Shown: positions 22,525-31,769 of the stretch, piece by piece
Position numbering within the stretch: the stretch's first letter is position 1
How the letters are laid out: each line of letters starts with the position of its first letter
NCBI GenBank assembly: GCA_963716985.1
Contig: OY970323.1
Coordinates: 992,001 to 1,056,000, forward strand
DNA: 64,000 nucleotides
Direction of reading: 5' to 3'
Source of the DNA: an uncultured bacterium
Lineage (GTDB): Bacteria; Chlamydiota; Chlamydiia; Chlamydiales; SM23-39
Program-made: the position numbers and the translations under genes
Notes under the pieces: generated by a model
What the model was told of the DNA's origin: nothing
The model's database searches: none
Seen by the model: the letters and a program-made list of their open reading frames with translations, nothing else

Positions 22525-22848
22525 TTACATTGCGCGAAGCTCTTTAAAGATGAAGGGATGGTCGGTTTTAGAAAAGTGTTTCCATAAATGGTATGCTTTG
22601 ACCGACGATCGCAAGATATCATATTGCGTGATTTCCGCACGCTCCGATCCTAGATCGAGAAACACTTGCACGATCTGCTTTTTCTTTTTTATTTGAAAGG
22701 AAAAGGAGCTTAGCTCCGGATGGAGAAGGTAGCAGAAGGTTTCCCTAGTCTTTGGATGGTAAACGGAGAGCTCGTTCTCCTTTGCTTCAAAAGCAAAAAG
22801 GGCCGGGGCTTTATCAGAAAAAACTGAAATGTGATCTTCCATCTTCAT
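22525..22848 (-). CDS. Hypothetical protein
   Basis: 107-aa ORF with AGGA RBS. Confidence 0.5.
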   Translation of the reverse strand: MKMEDHISVFSDKAPALFAFEAKENELSVYHPKTRETFCYLLHPELSSFSFQIKKKKQIVQVFLDLGSERAEITQYDILRSSVKAYHLWKHFSKTDHPFIFKELRAM

Positions 22849-22960
22849 TTTCCTATTTATTCTTTTGAATAATAGAAAGAAAATAAATAGTAAATAATAT
22901 TTTAAACTTTGAAAACGAAATTCTTATATGTCGGCAATTTTTTTTTGAAAAAGAGGCGAA

Positions 22961-23202
22961 ATCTGACAATTAATGATTTTTGCTGCAGGCGACAGGGTAG
23001 TTGTGAGGAGGAGCATGAAAGGAACATAGACGGAGGAACTCAAGATCTTTCATCAACCAATCGGGAAATTGTTTTCCATGGGATACATATCTGCCGCTTT
23101 AACCAGGAAGGTAAAATTATCGAGTCATGGGCCATGAGGGATCGCTTAGGGGAAATCGAACAAATTGCCGATATTACTATAGCTGCAAAATCTTCAAAAT
23201 AG
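22961..23202 (+). pseudogene. Ester cyclase / SnoaL-like protein remnant
   Basis: AAGDRVVVRRSMKGT* in one frame and TNREIVFHGIHICRFNQEGKIIESWAMRD in another; frameshift and stop; no N-terminus. Confidence 0.6.
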
Positions 23203-23208
23203 GCGGGC

Positions 23209-23532
23209 TTATATTTTCTTGATAATCTGCTTTTGGTTTGGGCGTTGTTTCCGTAGGCGTTGTGGTGTCTTCAATTTTATTGCGGTGTAAGAAACTTGAC
23301 TGTTCTTAATGATAATCTCAATTCGATCGCGATCGAATTCAAGAATCTGGTGGTCGTTATCTGATTGCACTTCATCAAAAATCACAGCGAGCAAATCTCC
23401 GTTTTCAGAAAAAAAACCAACTCCGGAACCCTTTTTTGCCTCGATAGCGTCTCCCTTGGGTCCTGAACTCCAAGAAATAGTCAAAGCTCCTGTGCCTTCG
23501 ATTGGGTGAAAAAATACTTTTCCGTTTTTCAT
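23209..23532 (-). CDS. Putative antitoxin (DUF2283-like)
   Basis: GVGFFSENGDLLAVIFD; ATGA overlap with the upstream ORF. Confidence 0.45.
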   Translation of the reverse strand: MKNGKVFFHPIEGTGALTISWSSGPKGDAIEAKKGSGVGFFSENGDLLAVIFDEVQSDNDHQILEFDRDRIEIIIKNSQVSYTAIKLKTPQRLRKQRPNQKQIIKKI

Positions 23533-23861
23533 AACTTTATTTCTTTTAAGTCTTTGTGACTATTTCGAATGAAATTTCCAGTGCTGTACATAGATGAGAA
23601 ATAATTTCCTGTATCAGCTTTCTTTACTATTACAACTAAGTATTTGCCATTGTCAAGCCTATAAAAAAGATGATATTGATGGAGCTTTTTCTGCTCGAAG
23701 ACCTTTGTGGGATCTTTCAAAATTCTTTCGATCAGTTCAAGAAGAATGTCTGTTGGAAGTATTGAGAAATGTTCTTCCTTTGCATGGTTGAGTTCGGCCT
23801 CCCCGATGATAATCCGATCTCCCGTGATTGCAGTAATGACGGTGACAATTTTCCTGCTCAC
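23529..23861 (-). CDS. Putative RelE/PBECR-fold nuclease toxin
   Basis: ILKDPTKVFEQ...LFYR..GKYLVVIVK...FSSMY pattern; 110 aa. Confidence 0.5.
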   Translation of the reverse strand: MSRKIVTVITAITGDRIIIGEAELNHAKEEHFSILPTDILLELIERILKDPTKVFEQKKLHQYHLFYRLDNGKYLVVIVKKADTGNYFSSMYSTGNFIRNSHKDLKEIKL

Positions 23862-24395
23862 AAATAGTTCCCTTATGGAGGAGCAATTATTACATACTTA
23901 TCTGTCTCGAGTAAAGAGCCCATTTTCATCATTTCGTCATTTTACCGATCAGGCCACGAAAGAGAGTTGCTTTGTTGAGCCCGAAAGAATCGAAAAACCA
24001 AGTCGCTTGATACCGCAAAGGGGAATTATGAAAATGGTCGAAAAATTCTATTGAATTTCTGCCGCGTCGCTGAATGCTCCCCAAAGTGCAGTTGCATCTG
24101 CTCCTCGGATAGTGACAATATTTCCCGCCAAAATTCGCCCCTCCGTTAATGTCTTTGTTCTATATCGCCATTTTCATAAAGGCATCTCATGCACTGCTTA
24201 AGCTACGCACCATTTGGGAATGCGCCCGAAAAAATATTGAGTAATTTGCAGCACATATAGCTGCAAGATGAATCTAATGGGCGAGTTTTCTTCCGCCAGC
24301 ACAAGGCTGGCGGCGTTCTCGCCCGTCCTCATAAATTAGAGGGAAGCAGAAAAAGAAAGTCGAACACAGAAAATTGTTTATACCGCTCTATTTTC

Positions 24396-24421
24396 TGTCC
24401 AAATTTGTGTGGACAGGTTCA
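24396..24421. mobile_element. Possible IS3-family terminal inverted repeat remnant
   Basis: Reverse complement reads TGAACCTGTCCACACAAATTTGGACA (TG..GGACA pattern); strong GC hairpin at about 24279-24324. Confidence 0.3.
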
Positions 24422-24428
24422 ATCTTTC

Positions 24429-25157
24429 TCAAGAAACGTTGCCGCTAGCACGCAACAGGCGGCTGGCCTCTTGATGTCCATTAGAAGTTGCATAGTCCAG
24501 AGCGCTGGTTAGATCTTCATCAGAAATGAGGCCTCTGGCAAGCAATAGTTGGACGATCTCCGAATATCCATATGCAGCTGCATGTAGCAGGGCACGGCCT
24601 CGATCTTCCTTAGAAATGGAACCACTGCTAAGCAGTGGTTCGGCAACGGCACGATGTCCTTTTGAAGCTGCATATACCAAAGCCAAGCCTTGATCTTTCT
24701 CAGAAATGGACCCGCTCGCAAGCAGTTCTGTGACAACGGAAAGGTTTCCAGATCTAGCTGCAGAATCCAGAGCATTACTTAGATCTTCATCAGAAATGAG
24801 GCCGGTGTTAAGCAGTCGACTGGCGATCTCTGGCTTTCTTGCTTGGTCGAGAGCCTGTACTAGGACTTTACTAGAAAAGGTCGCAATTTTAAGGAGTTGA
24901 TTGATTGCAGACAAATTGCCACATTCGGCTTCAGTAAATAGTTGCGTTTGTAATGACTTGTTAGCTGAAGGGAGTGTGATAACAGTCACTTCTCTATTAC
25001 AAAGTGGGCATTTATGTTGTGTTGTCGATTGTGTAATGCACTTTTGATGAAACTGGTGCACTTTTTGATCAACACACGTTGTTGAGCAAGTTACGGCTTC
25101 AGCGTCTGAAATGGTTTTTTGACATATGGTGCAGGTGGTGATTTGACTTGTTGTCAT
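24429..25157 (-). CDS. RING-H2 finger plus ankyrin repeat protein (candidate E3 ligase effector)
   Basis: CTIC...C...HQFHQKC...CPLC followed by about five ankyrin repeats (ALDSAARSGN, ALVYAASKGH, ALLHAAAYGY, ALDYATSNGH). Confidence 0.85.
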   Translation of the reverse strand: MTTSQITTCTICQKTISDAEAVTCSTTCVDQKVHQFHQKCITQSTTQHKCPLCNREVTVITLPSANKSLQTQLFTEAECGNLSAINQLLKIATFSSKVLVQALDQARKPEIASRLLNTGLISDEDLSNALDSAARSGNLSVVTELLASGSISEKDQGLALVYAASKGHRAVAEPLLSSGSISKEDRGRALLHAAAYGYSEIVQLLLARGLISDEDLTSALDYATSNGHQEASRLLRASGNVS

Positions 25158-25256
25158 CTTATTCTCCTTTTTTGTTGTTTATGTATATAATTATTCTGTT
25201 TTTGTTTATATAATTATAAAAAATTTAAATATAAAAGTCAATTTAATATTTGCAAC

Positions 25257-26836
25257 TATTAGCGTTTTTTTAAAATGTCCGCTTTCCGTTTTTTAGAAAT
25301 GTCCTCTTTCTGGTAATCACAAGTTGTTGATTACCAATGAGGAGGCGATCAAATGGAGGAGCGTATGTCAATGAGTTTCAGGGAATTAACGAGATTAGAA
25401 GTTTTTACAGCTGTCAAAGAAGGCCGGTTAAAGCAATCAAAAGGCGCCCGGAGTTTAGGAATAAGTCCCAGGCAGTTTAGGCGTTTATTGAAGAGATTGA
25501 GGGTTGAAGGCCCAAAAGGGATCGTTTCCAGGAAAGTGGGAGTTCCAGGCAATCGCCGGCTTTCTCAAGAAAAAAAGGCTCAAATTTTAGAGTTCTTCAA
25601 GCAGGAAGACCATCGCGATTTTGGTCCCACCCTGGCCCATGAGTATTTGATTGAAAGCGGAGCGGCGAAATTTTCGGTTAGCGCAGTGCGTAGAGTGATG
25701 ATCGAAAATGGCCTGTGGCATCCAAATGAAATCCGGGAATTGAAAGTACATCCATTGAGACAGAGACGATCAAAAATGGGCGAGCTCATTCAGCTCGACG
25801 GCTCGGAGCACGACTGGTTCGAAGGCCGGGGACCGCGATGCACTCTCCTGGTATTCATCGATGATGCAACGAGTAAGACAATGCATTTGAAATTTGTGAA
25901 ATCTGAAAATACATTTGACTACTTCCAGGCAACCCGAGAATACATTGAAAAGCATGGTAGACCAGAGGCGCTTTAACTGGAGATGGAAGAACTCAATTCG
26001 GCAGAGCCATGGAAGAGCTGGACATAACACTGATCTGCGCCAATTCACCACAGGCAAAAGGGCGCGTTGAAAGGCGCAATCGGGACTTTCAGAATCGATT
26101 GATCAAAGCGATGCGTATAGCCAAGATCTGCGACATCGAGGCTGCAAATGCATTTTTACCATCATTTCTACTCAAGTTTAATCAAAAATTCGCCAAAGCA
26201 CCGAAAGATCCGAGCAACGCGCATAAACCCTTATTACCCTCATACAGCCTAGACAAGATATTTTGCCTCAAGGCCAATCGCAGATTGTCCAAAAATCTAA
26301 CTCTACAATACGACAATGTGATTTATCAAGTGATAGCACCTTGTCACGAATACATTCTGAGAAATGCCGAGGTTACCGTTTTGGAGACAAAAGACGGAGT
26401 TGTTTCCATCGAATATCGAGGTAAACAACTCACAGCAGTACCACACCACAAAATGCAAGCACAAACAGAAGTGGTTAGTGCAAAAGAATTGATAGTGAAG
26501 TTGGCTGAACGAAAAGAGCGCTGCCGTTATCGCCCAAGTCGTCGACATCCTTGGAAGCGAGGACCCAGAGGCTTTTCAAATAAACATAAGCTCGCTTGCT
26601 AAAAGAGTCCCTCAGTTTGAATAAGGGAGGAGGGGCAATTGCCGAGCACCTTTGCTCCCGCCCTTCGGTTGGGCTCTAGATAATCATTTAAAGAGGGAGG
26701 CGAGAGGGAAACCCTCTCGCGCTCTCCCTTTGAAAAGACCTGGATTTTTTAATAAATAAATGTTAAAATTATTCTTATAAAGAAGTAACAATGTCGCTAT
26801 TCCTCTAAATGCGGACATTTCAATAAAACGCTAACA
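25257..26836 (+). mobile_element. IS1202-like (ISNCY) insertion sequence, defective
   Basis: IRL TATTAGCGTTTTTTTAAAATGTCCGC vs IRR reverse complement TGTTAGCGTTTTATTGAAATGTCCGC; GC hairpins at 26630-26730. Confidence 0.8.
25353..26602 (+). pseudogene. IS1202/ISNCY transposase broken by internal deletion and frameshift
   Basis: GELIQLDGSEHDWFEGRGPRCTLLVFIDDATS; stop after HGRPEAL, resumes TQFGRAMEELDI...ANSPQAKGRVER; the segment with the second catalytic Asp is missing. Confidence 0.85.
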
Positions 26837-26921
26837 TAAAAAAACTTTGTTTTAAACTTTTCTATAATCTGTTAAAAATGGCGGGGGTTGAAAAAAACAG
26901 ATGTTCTGTTTTGGTCGAGAA

Positions 26922-27518
26922 TTAAGTGTGTGTTGCCATATAGGTTTTTTTTGAAGAGATGGCTTTGATCCAAAAAAGGGAAGGGGAGTGAGGGCGGTTG
27001 ATCCATTGATGATAGGAGACTTGCCATAAGTGTGGATTTAACGATGTAAGCTCTTGAAGCAAAAGGTTTTGCTCTTTTTTTCCTTCTTCGTGGCCCGGAT
27101 AGCACATCAGGCTCACTGCTCCTTGGGTATGTTCAATGAGCGCAAGCGCTTGAAAAACACTCCTGTGGGTTGATAGGGCAAGGGTCGTAATTTTTTTGTC
27201 ACCTCCCGGGAGGTAGCCCAGATTGTAAACGATCAGACGGATATTTTTGGAAGGGACAAGGAAGAGGTTTTCGTGAGAGGCGTGAAAAAAAGCGACCCTC
27301 TCTTCCATTTGATGACTCTTGATCAGAGCGCGGGCGTTTTGAAGAGCGGTTTGTTGAATGTCAAAAGCAAACACTTGCCCTTTAAGAACTTTTTTAGCTA
27401 AAAAAAGAGTATCATGGCCATTGCCGCAGGTAGCATCAATAACCAGGTCGTCTTCCTGTAAGAAATCATTCCAATAACTGTGCGCAAGAAGCAGATGGGA
27501 AGAAAATTTTTGAGCCAT
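26922..27518 (-). CDS. SAM-dependent RNA methyltransferase (YtqB/MnmM-like)
   Basis: VIDATCGNGHDT, FDIQ, YNLGYLPGGDK, YPGHEEG. Confidence 0.85.
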   Translation of the reverse strand: MAQKFSSHLLLAHSYWNDFLQEDDLVIDATCGNGHDTLFLAKKVLKGQVFAFDIQQTALQNARALIKSHQMEERVAFFHASHENLFLVPSKNIRLIVYNLGYLPGGDKKITTLALSTHRSVFQALALIEHTQGAVSLMCYPGHEEGKKEQNLLLQELTSLNPHLWQVSYHQWINRPHSPSLFWIKAISSKKTYMATHT

Positions 27519-27625
27519 TTTTTTCTCTTGTGAAAGGAAGGGTATTTTTATCCCATTTTTGTGATTTTCTCAACGTTTCGTTGCACCTATTCGGGTTTTT
27601 GAGTAGTATTTTAAACCAAACTTTA

Positions 27626-27699
27626 GGGGTATTAGCTCAGTTGGTTAGAGCGCCACGTTGACATCGTGGAGGTCGGCTGTTCGAGCCAGCCATATCCCA
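27626..27699 (+). tRNA. tRNA-Val(GAC)
   Basis: Acceptor GGGGTAT/ATATCCC, anticodon arm CCACG-TTGACAT-CGTGG, T-loop GTTCGAG; CCA not encoded. Confidence 0.95.
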
Positions 27700-27718
27700 A
27701 TTTTACCCCCGTTTTTTA

Positions 27719-28966
27719 TTGAACGCTGATCTCTCTACTCTTCGAAGAAGCGCATCTCGCCTTCTTGCATCGGCTCTAGTTGCAATGGATCCCGAGCTTC
27801 TCCTGGTTGAAGGAGGAGAGCTGATGGTGGGCTTTTACTATGATTTCATCCCCTCCCGCGAAATATCTCTTCCCTTTCTGCATCTTGTGGAAGAAAGAAT
27901 ACGGAAATGTGTCAAAGAAAACATAGCCGTCGAAATGATGGAGATGGGCGTCAAAAATGGAGCGGAATATCTGCACCACTTGGGCCACCATTATTCTCCT
28001 GAGGAAGCAGCCGAAAAGGGAAAGGGGACGCTCACTCTCATTCGCATAGGGGATTTTGCGGATGTTCTTTCGCCCCCCTTCGTAAAAAACACGAAAGAGC
28101 TGTGCCACTTGCGCCTGCTTTCCCTTGAAAAGATTGGCAAGAATCGATTCCGTATTTTCGGCAGCGTCCATGGATCGGACGAAGGGGTGAAGGAAGAGGG
28201 CAGGCTCTTTGCCAAGTATCAGAAAAAAAACCATCTGATCGATGGGCAAAAAGAGGGGTTTTTTCATTGGGAAGAAAAGGGATTCTTTTGGCATGCCAAG
28301 GGACTCGCTCTAAAGGAGATGTGCGCTGCGTTGTGGAAAGAATCGGTGCGAAAGCAAAATTTTCGCCTCATCGAAACCCCTCTTTCGGGGAATCGAGAAG
28401 AGAAAATTTGCATGCATCGCTCTTTTTTTGAAAAGGGAAAAAAAGAGCTTCCCTTTCGGTCCGCGGAGCTTTTTTGGGAAGAAAACATCTTGGGAAAAGA
28501 GATCCTTTTCGAGGGGCTCTTAAACCCCCATTGGGGAGAGCGAACGTTAGAGCTGAGTTTTGTCTCTCAAAAAGAGCTTTTCAACGAGTGCATTTCTTCC
28601 TTGCAATTCATTGACAAAATTCTTAATATGGTCCAATTTAGAAAACATGTTGGTTGGGTTTTTTCTTCTTGTAAAAGAGCGAAAATGTTTGCAGAAGAAG
28701 GGGTTTTGATCAGAGCCCTTGAGAAGTTAGGTATACGCTTCCTCCGAGAAGAAAGAGCGGGGAAGGGGGTTGTAGTCAAGGCGAGAATCAGAGATCGTTT
28801 GGGAAGAGAATGGACGGGTCCCTATCTTGCCGTGCGTAAGGAAAAAGAGGATGTGGCCCTGGTGGAGCGTTCGTCATTGGGCCTTTTGGAACGATGGGTT
28901 GCGTTTTTGTTGGAGATAGCCCCCGAGCAGATTTCTCGGTTTTTGAAGGAAAAAGGTCCGCATTAG
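27719..28966 (+). CDS. Degenerate threonyl-tRNA synthetase-like protein
   Basis: ThrRS layout (GFYYDF, FFWHAKG, IRDRLGREW, RSSLGLLERWVAFLLE) but only 415 aa, no anticodon-binding domain; occupies the thrS position before infC. Confidence 0.7.
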   Translation: MNADLSTLRRSASRLLASALVAMDPELLLVEGGELMVGFYYDFIPSREISLPFLHLVEERIRKCVKENIAVEMMEMGVKNGAEYLHHLGHHYSPEEAAEKGKGTLTLIRIGDFADVLSPPFVKNTKELCHLRLLSLEKIGKNRFRIFGSVHGSDEGVKEEGRLFAKYQKKNHLIDGQKEGFFHWEEKGFFWHAKGLALKEMCAALWKESVRKQNFRLIETPLSGNREEKICMHRSFFEKGKKELPFRSAELFWEENILGKEILFEGLLNPHWGERTLELSFVSQKELFNECISSLQFIDKILNMVQFRKHVGWVFSSCKRAKMFAEEGVLIRALEKLGIRFLREERAGKGVVVKARIRDRLGREWTGPYLAVRKEKEDVALVERSSLGLLERWVAFLLEIAPEQISRFLKEKGPH

Positions 28967-28995
28967 AATCTTTATTTAGCTGAAAGGAAAATACT

Positions 28996-29544
28996 TTGAG
29001 GATCAATAGAGAGATACGAGCAGAAAGAGTTCGTGTTATTACGGAAGATGGCGAGCAGCTGGGCATTATGACCCTAAGAGATGCTCTGATGAAAGCAGAG
29101 AGCTTCGGGGTGGATTTGATTGAAATTGCTCCTAATGCAGACCCTCCGGTCTGCAAGATGATCGATTACGGAAAGTTTCGCTATCATCAAACCAAAAAGG
29201 AAAAAGAAAGCAAGAAGGCTTCGCATCAAGTCAAGGTAAAAGAGGTCAAATTCAAGCCGAACATTGACGAACATGATTTGCAGACGAAGATCAAGCACAT
29301 ACGTGAATTCTTGCAAAAAGGCAACAAAGTACGAATTACCTGCACGTTCCGCGGAAGAGAGATGTTGTACCTCGCAAAGGGGGAAAAGCTTCTAGAGCGT
29401 GTTTTTGAGGAGACAAAAGATTTAGCTGTCATCGAATCGCCGATTAAAACGCTCGGCCGCACGATGAGCTTAAGTTTGGCTCCGCAGGGTGGAAAAAAAA
29501 TGAAAGCAGAAAAAGGAGAGGCCAGTGGCAAAGATGAAGACTAA
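28996..29544 (+). CDS. infC: Translation initiation factor IF-3
   Basis: RINREIRA..VRVI, PPVCKMIDYGKFRY, KEVKFKPNID; non-AUG (TTG) start. Confidence 0.97.
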   Translation: MRINREIRAERVRVITEDGEQLGIMTLRDALMKAESFGVDLIEIAPNADPPVCKMIDYGKFRYHQTKKEKESKKASHQVKVKEVKFKPNIDEHDLQTKIKHIREFLQKGNKVRITCTFRGREMLYLAKGEKLLERVFEETKDLAVIESPIKTLGRTMSLSLAPQGGKKMKAEKGEASGKDED

Positions 29545-29719
29545 TAAAGCGGTCAAAGCCCGCTTTAAATTGACACGAAAAGGAAAACTGGTGTGCAGCA
29601 AACCTGGGCGCCGTCATCTTTTGGAAAAGAAAACTTCAAAGCGCAAACGTAAAATGCGGAAAAAATCCGTTCTCGCTAAGAAGATTACACAAAATTATAT
29701 GAGAACATTAGCAATGTAA
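29525..29719 (+). CDS. rpmI: 50S ribosomal protein L35
   Basis: KMKTNKAVKARFK, GRRHLLEKK. Confidence 0.95.
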   Translation: MAKMKTNKAVKARFKLTRKGKLVCSKPGRRHLLEKKTSKRKRKMRKKSVLAKKITQNYMRTLAM

Positions 29720-29731
29720 GGAGCAAGGGCG

Positions 29732-30094
29732 ATGACTCGAGCAACAAGTGCGGTCGCAAGACTTCGAAAAAAGAAAAGACTGTTCAAAAAAGCAAAGGGA
29801 TTCGTAGGGGATCGAAAGAATCATATTCGCTTGACCAAAGATGCGATTATGCAAGCTTTGGCTTATAATTATGAGCATCGCAAGGATCGCAAGAATTTCA
29901 TGAGAAGTATTTGGATCCTTCGTCTGAATGCAGCGGCCAAGTCCAATGGGATTTCCTATAGCCGGCTCATCAACGGTTTGAAAAAAGCAGGATCACTTTT
30001 AGATCGCAAGCAGCTTTCGGAGCTTGCCATCCATGATCCTAAGGCTTTTGCTGAGGTGGTTGTAGCGGCAAAGAAAGCGCTAGCGCCGGTCTAA
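29732..30094 (+). CDS. rplT: 50S ribosomal protein L20
   Basis: KKAKGFVG, RSIWILRLNAA, SYSRLINGLKKAG..LDRK. Confidence 0.97.
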   Translation: MTRATSAVARLRKKKRLFKKAKGFVGDRKNHIRLTKDAIMQALAYNYEHRKDRKNFMRSIWILRLNAAAKSNGISYSRLINGLKKAGSLLDRKQLSELAIHDPKAFAEVVVAAKKALAPV

Positions 30095-30119
30095 ATTTTC
30101 CCTTTTCTTAAGGAAAAAT

Positions 30120-31160
30120 ATGAATGCCTTTGAGTCGGAAATAGCAAAGATCCGCGAGAGTTTTCTTCGAGATTTGAAGGAAGTGCTTCGATCGAAAGAT
30201 GTGGAAGATCTGCGCATCAAATACCTTGGAAAGAAGGGTTTTCTTTCGGCATTCATGAGAAATTTGAAGGATGCGCAAGAAGAAGATCGTCCTCTTCTCG
30301 GCAAACTCATCAATGATCTGAAAGAAGAAATTACTTCCCATGTCGAAAACAGCTTAAAAAGGCTCTCTCTTTCCGAACAAGAGAGACTGTTTGCCAAAGA
30401 AACGATCGATGTGGGTCTTCCCGGGCGAGTGGCTTTTTTGGGAAAGAACCATCCGGTGACGATGATGATCGACGAGCTGCTCGGTATTTTTTCTTCTATG
30501 GGATTTTCGGTGCAGTATGGTCCCGATTTAGAATCTGATTTTTATAACTTTGAAGGATTGAACTTTCCGAAAGACCACCCGGCAAGGGATATGCAGGATT
30601 CTTTTTACGTATCCCCTTCCATGCTGCTCAGAACACACACAAGCAATGTGCAGGTGCGCGTCATGCAAACCCACACGCCTCCGATACGCATCGTGGCACC
30701 CGGCCGTTGTTTCCGAAATGAAAATATTTCCGCTCGCTCCCACGTGATGTTTCACCAGATCGAAGCAGTATATATTGACAAGGGAGTCTCTTTTTCCGAT
30801 CTGATGGTGACGACCGAAGAGTTTCTTGTTAAATTCTTCAAAAAAGAGGTTAAAACCCGATTTCGGCCCAGCTATTTTCCCTTTGTTGAGCCTGGGATGG
30901 AAGTGGATATTCGCTGTACGCAATGTGCGGGCCAAGGGTGCCGTCTTTGCAAGCATTCCGGCTGGCTTGAGATCTTAGGATCGGGAATGATTCATCCCAA
31001 TGTTTTGAAATCTGGGGGAGTGGATCCCGAAATTTACTCCGGCTATGCCTGGGGGCTTGGCATTGAACGCATGGCGCTTTTGCGCTATGAGATCCCAGAT
31101 ATACGTCTATTAACAGAAAATGATATGCGGTTTTTGGAGCAGTTCAGAGAAGAAGCATAA
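30120..31160 (+). CDS. pheS: Phenylalanine-tRNA ligase alpha subunit
   Basis: HPARDMQDSFY, LRTHTS, FHQIE, RFRPSYFPFVEP, GLGIER. Confidence 0.98.
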   Translation: MNAFESEIAKIRESFLRDLKEVLRSKDVEDLRIKYLGKKGFLSAFMRNLKDAQEEDRPLLGKLINDLKEEITSHVENSLKRLSLSEQERLFAKETIDVGLPGRVAFLGKNHPVTMMIDELLGIFSSMGFSVQYGPDLESDFYNFEGLNFPKDHPARDMQDSFYVSPSMLLRTHTSNVQVRVMQTHTPPIRIVAPGRCFRNENISARSHVMFHQIEAVYIDKGVSFSDLMVTTEEFLVKFFKKEVKTRFRPSYFPFVEPGMEVDIRCTQCAGQGCRLCKHSGWLEILGSGMIHPNVLKSGGVDPEIYSGYAWGLGIERMALLRYEIPDIRLLTENDMRFLEQFREEA

Positions 31161-31171
31161 AAGTTTATTAC

Positions 31172-31258
31172 GGAAGAGTGGCAGAGCGGCCGAATGCGTC
31201 TGTCTTGAAAACAGATGGCCTCGTGAGGGGTCCGGGGGTTCGAATCCCTCCTCTTCCG
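31172..31258 (+). tRNA. tRNA-Ser(TGA)
   Basis: Acceptor GGAAGAG/CTCTTCC, anticodon arm TCTGT-CTTGAAA-ACAGA, long variable arm, GGTTCGAATCC. Confidence 0.95.
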
Positions 31259-31288
31259 TTTTTTTCCTACGGCTTCTTCCTTTTTTCT

Positions 31289-31378
31289 GGAAGAGTGGCA
31301 GAGTGGCCGAATGCGTCTGTTTCGAAAACAGATAACCTCGCAAGGGGTTCGGGGGTTCGAATCCCTCCTCTTCCGCCA
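31289..31378 (+). tRNA. tRNA-Ser(CGA)
   Basis: Near-duplicate of the preceding tRNA; anticodon loop TTCGAAA; encoded CCA. Confidence 0.95.
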
Positions 31379-31769
31379 ATCTATTCCATGCGAACCTTTA
31401 TTCTCCTGATCCAAAAGCGCAAGGGTTTTGACGTTGGAATAAGCTGTGTAAAATCGTTTTTTAAAACTTTCGGTTCTGTGCTTGGGTGTTCTTTGCCTCA
31501 ATTTCGAATCTACTATAATGTCCTCAAGCTACAATTGCGCCTTAGCAAGGCGCTTACTATTAGAATGTTATAAAAAATGCAACCTATCTTGCAATTTTTG
31601 AACCAAATTTGCTACCTAAGGGATCCAAGGTGTTCGAAAATTCCTGCTTCCTCTGAGACGGCGGAAAAAAAAGAAAGAGGCGTTGTGTTGCATTGTTTTT
31701 AAAAAGTTTCTTGATGAAAAATTTCGCTTTGCCGTCTTAGTATGAAACAATTTCGAAAAAACCTCGCGA

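Noticed and set aside
24022..24032. GGAATTATGAA as a possible target of the second omega-RNA guide
   Set aside because: Only 6 nt of guide match next to ATGAA; expected by chance
25160..25256. AT-rich flank as a possible dif/Xer site next to the IS1202-like element
   Set aside because: No convincing XerC/XerD arms with a 6-bp spacer
28996..28998. Non-AUG start of infC as a novelty
   Set aside because: Non-canonical infC starts are well known (autoregulation)
31085..31573. ORFs overlapping the tRNA-Ser pair
   Set aside because: Shadow translations of tRNA genes
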